Source: an uncultured cyanobacterium (lineage in GTDB: Bacteria > Cyanobacteriota > Cyanobacteriia > Cyanobacteriales > Cyanobacteriaceae). From it: a stretch of 64,000 nt of DNA. Each line of letters begins with the position of its first letter. The first letter of the stretch is position 1. A program made the position numbers and the translations under genes. Below are positions 61,357 through 64,000 of the stretch, piece after piece. Below the pieces are notes generated by a model. The model was not told the DNA's origin and did not search any database. It saw only the letters and a program-made list of their open reading frames with translations. Location of the stretch: contig CAVQBA010000006.1 in NCBI GenBank assembly GCA_963710605.1, forward strand, positions 864,001 to 928,000, read 5' to 3'.

Positions 61357-62547
61357 ATGAATCGATTTAGCCGAGAAGTTACAGAAGTATTGAAGTTAAG
61401 AGAATGTCAATCTTATTTTGATAAAAATACAGGAGAAAAATTATCATTATCTTTTGAACCATATTCATTATCTATCAAGAATATATCTATTCGATTAGAT
61501 GGTGTGCCTTTGTTGAAGAATAAAAGTAATGGAAATATTTGCTTTCCAGATAAAACCAAAAAAATTATTTTTGATACTATTGAAGAGATGAAAAAAATAA
61601 ATAAGGAGCAAGTTACAATTAAGCCAAGACAATTAGAAGATAAAAGATATGATTATGCTAAAAAAATTAGTTTTTTATACTCATCTATTGATTACGAATA
61701 TATACCTGGTTTAATCAGATTGAATGATGGTTTTCTTGTCCCTGTTTACTTTAACATTTCTGTATTGAATAAATATTCTCAACATCCTGATTATAAATTA
61801 AATTTATCTTCAGAGACATATGGAAATATTTCCTATAAACAAGATTGGGAAATTTCATTTGGTATTAATAATAATAAAAAAGTAATTATTTGGTTAGGCG
61901 ATATAGATACTTTGCCAGAAAGCGAACAGTATTATTTACGTTCTGAAAATATCGACTCAGATCATGATATTCATTCTGAATTTTATGATGCTCAAATAGA
62001 ACTTCAATTTTCTCAACCATCTAAACAAACCACTGCATTTCATTTACGAGACGAACTTAACAAGAAAATATTATCTTCTCTCAACTTTGATTTGTATATG
62101 TTAGAGGGAGAAGTAAGTGAAATATTTAAAAATCTCAATCGTCCTATTTTTTGGGAGGAAAAACACGTAAAACCAGTTATTGAGTCATTAAATAGAATTT
62201 TTGTAGAAAGCTTTAATATAAAAGCTGTAAAAGAAGATCTCAAATCAATTGATGAGAATATTAAAATTAAAAGTTTGGGTTCTAATAAAATTTTTCAATT
62301 ATGGTTACAACATAGATTAAAGATTGAAAATTCTAGTGATTTGATATGTCCCTTTTTCGTTTTATATGATTTTAGAGTAGCAACGAATCATTTACAGTCG
62401 TCAGCTAAAAAAGAAGAAATGATGACAGGTATAAATAAGCGTTTAAACCTTGATGAAAATAATGAAAATTATGAAGTGATTTATGATGCTTTAATTGAAA
62501 TGTTGGTATCATCTTATTCTGAAATTATTAGCCACGTGAAAATGTAA
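61357..62547 (+). CDS. Hypothetical protein, candidate HEPN (Rx4H) defence protein
   Basis: 396 aa; PVYF..VLNKY...WLGDI..LP.SEQ..LRSENI block; C-terminal helical LYDFRVATNH. Confidence 0.6.
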   Translation: MNRFSREVTEVLKLRECQSYFDKNTGEKLSLSFEPYSLSIKNISIRLDGVPLLKNKSNGNICFPDKTKKIIFDTIEEMKKINKEQVTIKPRQLEDKRYDYAKKISFLYSSIDYEYIPGLIRLNDGFLVPVYFNISVLNKYSQHPDYKLNLSSETYGNISYKQDWEISFGINNNKKVIIWLGDIDTLPESEQYYLRSENIDSDHDIHSEFYDAQIELQFSQPSKQTTAFHLRDELNKKILSSLNFDLYMLEGEVSEIFKNLNRPIFWEEKHVKPVIESLNRIFVESFNIKAVKEDLKSIDENIKIKSLGSNKIFQLWLQHRLKIENSSDLICPFFVLYDFRVATNHLQSSAKKEEMMTGINKRLNLDENNENYEVIYDALIEMLVSSYSEIISHVKM

Positions 62548-62652
62548 ATAAACTCGATTGTGTGATACTTACTTATTTATCACTGTTCGGTATCACCGAT
62601 TATTGCTAGTAATACTTGGGTTTATGTTATCAACGATCGAAAACTATTCTTT

Positions 62653-64000
62653 TTAATCAACGTTTTTAAAACTAAACTCGTCAAACTTCACTACCTCAGA
62701 ATCTGGTTGTTGAGTATCAAAACGATAACTACTTACCGTACTAGTTTGTGTCTCCAAAATACTAAAAACAGTTATGTCATTACTAGCTATGTAAGGCAAA
62801 TCCTTACCTCGATCGTCTTGTAAAGGGGCAATATTAGGTACAATAGGTTCTAAGCCATTAGGATCGCCTATCAGTTTATAATTAGGATTATCCGCTGGTG
62901 CTTTGCGTAAATTAGCATCGAGATGAGCGCCGTAACTATTACCGACATTAGAAGATTCGAGAAAATGTAACCCGCTGGGGCTAACAAAACGATTCCACAA
63001 ATGAGAATGCCCGTAATAAACTAATTGTACTTCTGCTTCTTCTAGTAAGGGAATTAAATCTCGAATAATATAATCTCGATCGATCGAATAGTCATAATTA
63101 ACCGAAGTAATTTTACCATTTTCGCCCTTGTTGATCATCATTTGAGGGTTAGTATATGGCGGTACGATATTACTTCCTAAAGTATGCGGTGGGTGATGAA
63201 ACATGACAATTTTATATTTAGCTTCTTGAAATTGTTCGCTGTCTAATTCATCTTTTAACCAGTTATATTGCTCGCTATCTTTACTTATCGGTTCAAATAT
63301 ATGTTGCCCGTAACCCCATTTTTCGGGCGAATCTAAATCTTCAATGCTTTCTTGATACCTACCTTTTACTGTTGGTTTTGTTGATGGCGATCGCCATATA
63401 TTAGTAACATAAAGTACAACTAAACGAATATTACCAAAGCTGACAGCATAATATTTTTCTCTTCCTGTTTTATTTTGAGGAAGACTAAATATCTCTTCAT
63501 AGGTATCGGTATTAAAAGAATTGTTTTTAATCTCTTCTTGATCTTTTTCTGTGAATAGTTTTTGGGTAACATCACGAGGTATGGCATCTGTAAACTGAAA
63601 TTTGAGCGGTTGAGTGGTAGAAAATCTACCCATAACTTCATGATTGCCTATAGTAGGAAATAAGGGTGTATGTTGAATTATTTCGCCACCATGATAAACG
63701 TTTTCACCTAATTGATAATTTCCTTTACCTTGTAATGCAGGAAAGAAAGCACCACCTCGATTATCATCAAACCATTCGGAGGCTCGATCGGGTATATTAA
63801 TTAAATCACCAGCTAAAAAAACCGCATCAGGGATACCGACTGTTTCGACTACTTTTTGTAAGTTAGCTGTCGTCATCGGCATTAATTGATGATCTGATGT
63901 TAATAATATCTTTAATGGTCGATCGATTGTCGGATTTGTGGTTAAGGAAAAAGTTTTACTAGTAATTGGTTGTTGTTGATTAATACTAGTAACTTGATAA
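62653..64000 (-). CDS. Purple-acid-phosphatase-like metallophosphoesterase (5' part outside window)
   Basis: Frame open to the window edge (…LKILLTSDHQLMP); AGDL, IGNHE, FHHP, GHSH. Confidence 0.9.
   Translation of the reverse strand, partial: YQVTSINQQQPITSKTFSLTTNPTIDRPLKILLTSDHQLMPMTTANLQKVVETVGIPDAVFLAGDLINIPDRASEWFDDNRGGAFFPALQGKGNYQLGENVYHGGEIIQHTPLFPTIGNHEVMGRFSTTQPLKFQFTDAIPRDVTQKLFTEKDQEEIKNNSFNTDTYEEIFSLPQNKTGREKYYAVSFGNIRLVVLYVTNIWRSPSTKPTVKGRYQESIEDLDSPEKWGYGQHIFEPISKDSEQYNWLKDELDSEQFQEAKYKIVMFHHPPHTLGSNIVPPYTNPQMMINKGENGKITSVNYDYSIDRDYIIRDLIPLLEEAEVQLVYYGHSHLWNRFVSPSGLHFLESSNVGNSYGAHLDANLRKAPADNPNYKLIGDPNGLEPIVPNIAPLQDDRGKDLPYIASNDITVFSILETQTSTVSSYRFDTQQPDSEVVKFDEFSFKNVD

Noticed and set aside
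1129-63641. Other short antisense or alternate-frame ORFs inside larger genes (e.g. 1129, 7532, 9730, 10756, 13613, 24446-24842, 32654, 41367, 59572, 62040, 63420)
   Set aside because: Shadow ORFs of well-supported genes with no recognisable motifs.

Overview
Low-GC cyanobacterial chromosomal window. The HIP1-core CGATCG is very abundant, heptamer STRR repeats are present, and the gene content (thiE, crtE, slr1658/slr1659-like genes) suggests a Geminocystis/Cyanobacterium-like Chroococcales host (inference). Housekeeping genes (LCP, manC, SLC13 permease, trpB, recN, DnaJ-class chaperone, mutL, thiE, crtE, larE, ABC permeases, photolyase) alternate with accessory islets. Main points of interest: (1) After a giant Rhs gene with a short hydrophobic tip lies a 4.3-7.1 kb array. 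Two different RelE/YafQ toxin-antitoxin modules, each bounded by the same CGATCG-containing junctions, alternate with ~300-400 bp C-run/G-run hairpin repeats and a DUF559 nuclease gene whose ends are embedded in those hairpins. The same hairpin is dispersed through the window and is a hotspot for nested insertions, giving a candidate RAYT/REP-like mobile system. (2) A pentapeptide gene is fully overlapped by an antisense ORF. (3) An HhaI/HinP1I-type (GCGC) RM system has a frameshifted endonuclease. (4) A ZorA-like gene sits behind two terD genes with no zorB. (5) An FHA / FHA-flavoenzyme / membrane protein / Ser-Thr kinase cluster is present. (6) A candidate HEPN defence gene lies next to a third TA pair. 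Several pseudogenes missed by the ORF track were read manually. No rRNA, tRNA or CRISPR array was seen. Family assignments come from motif recognition only; no database searches were run.
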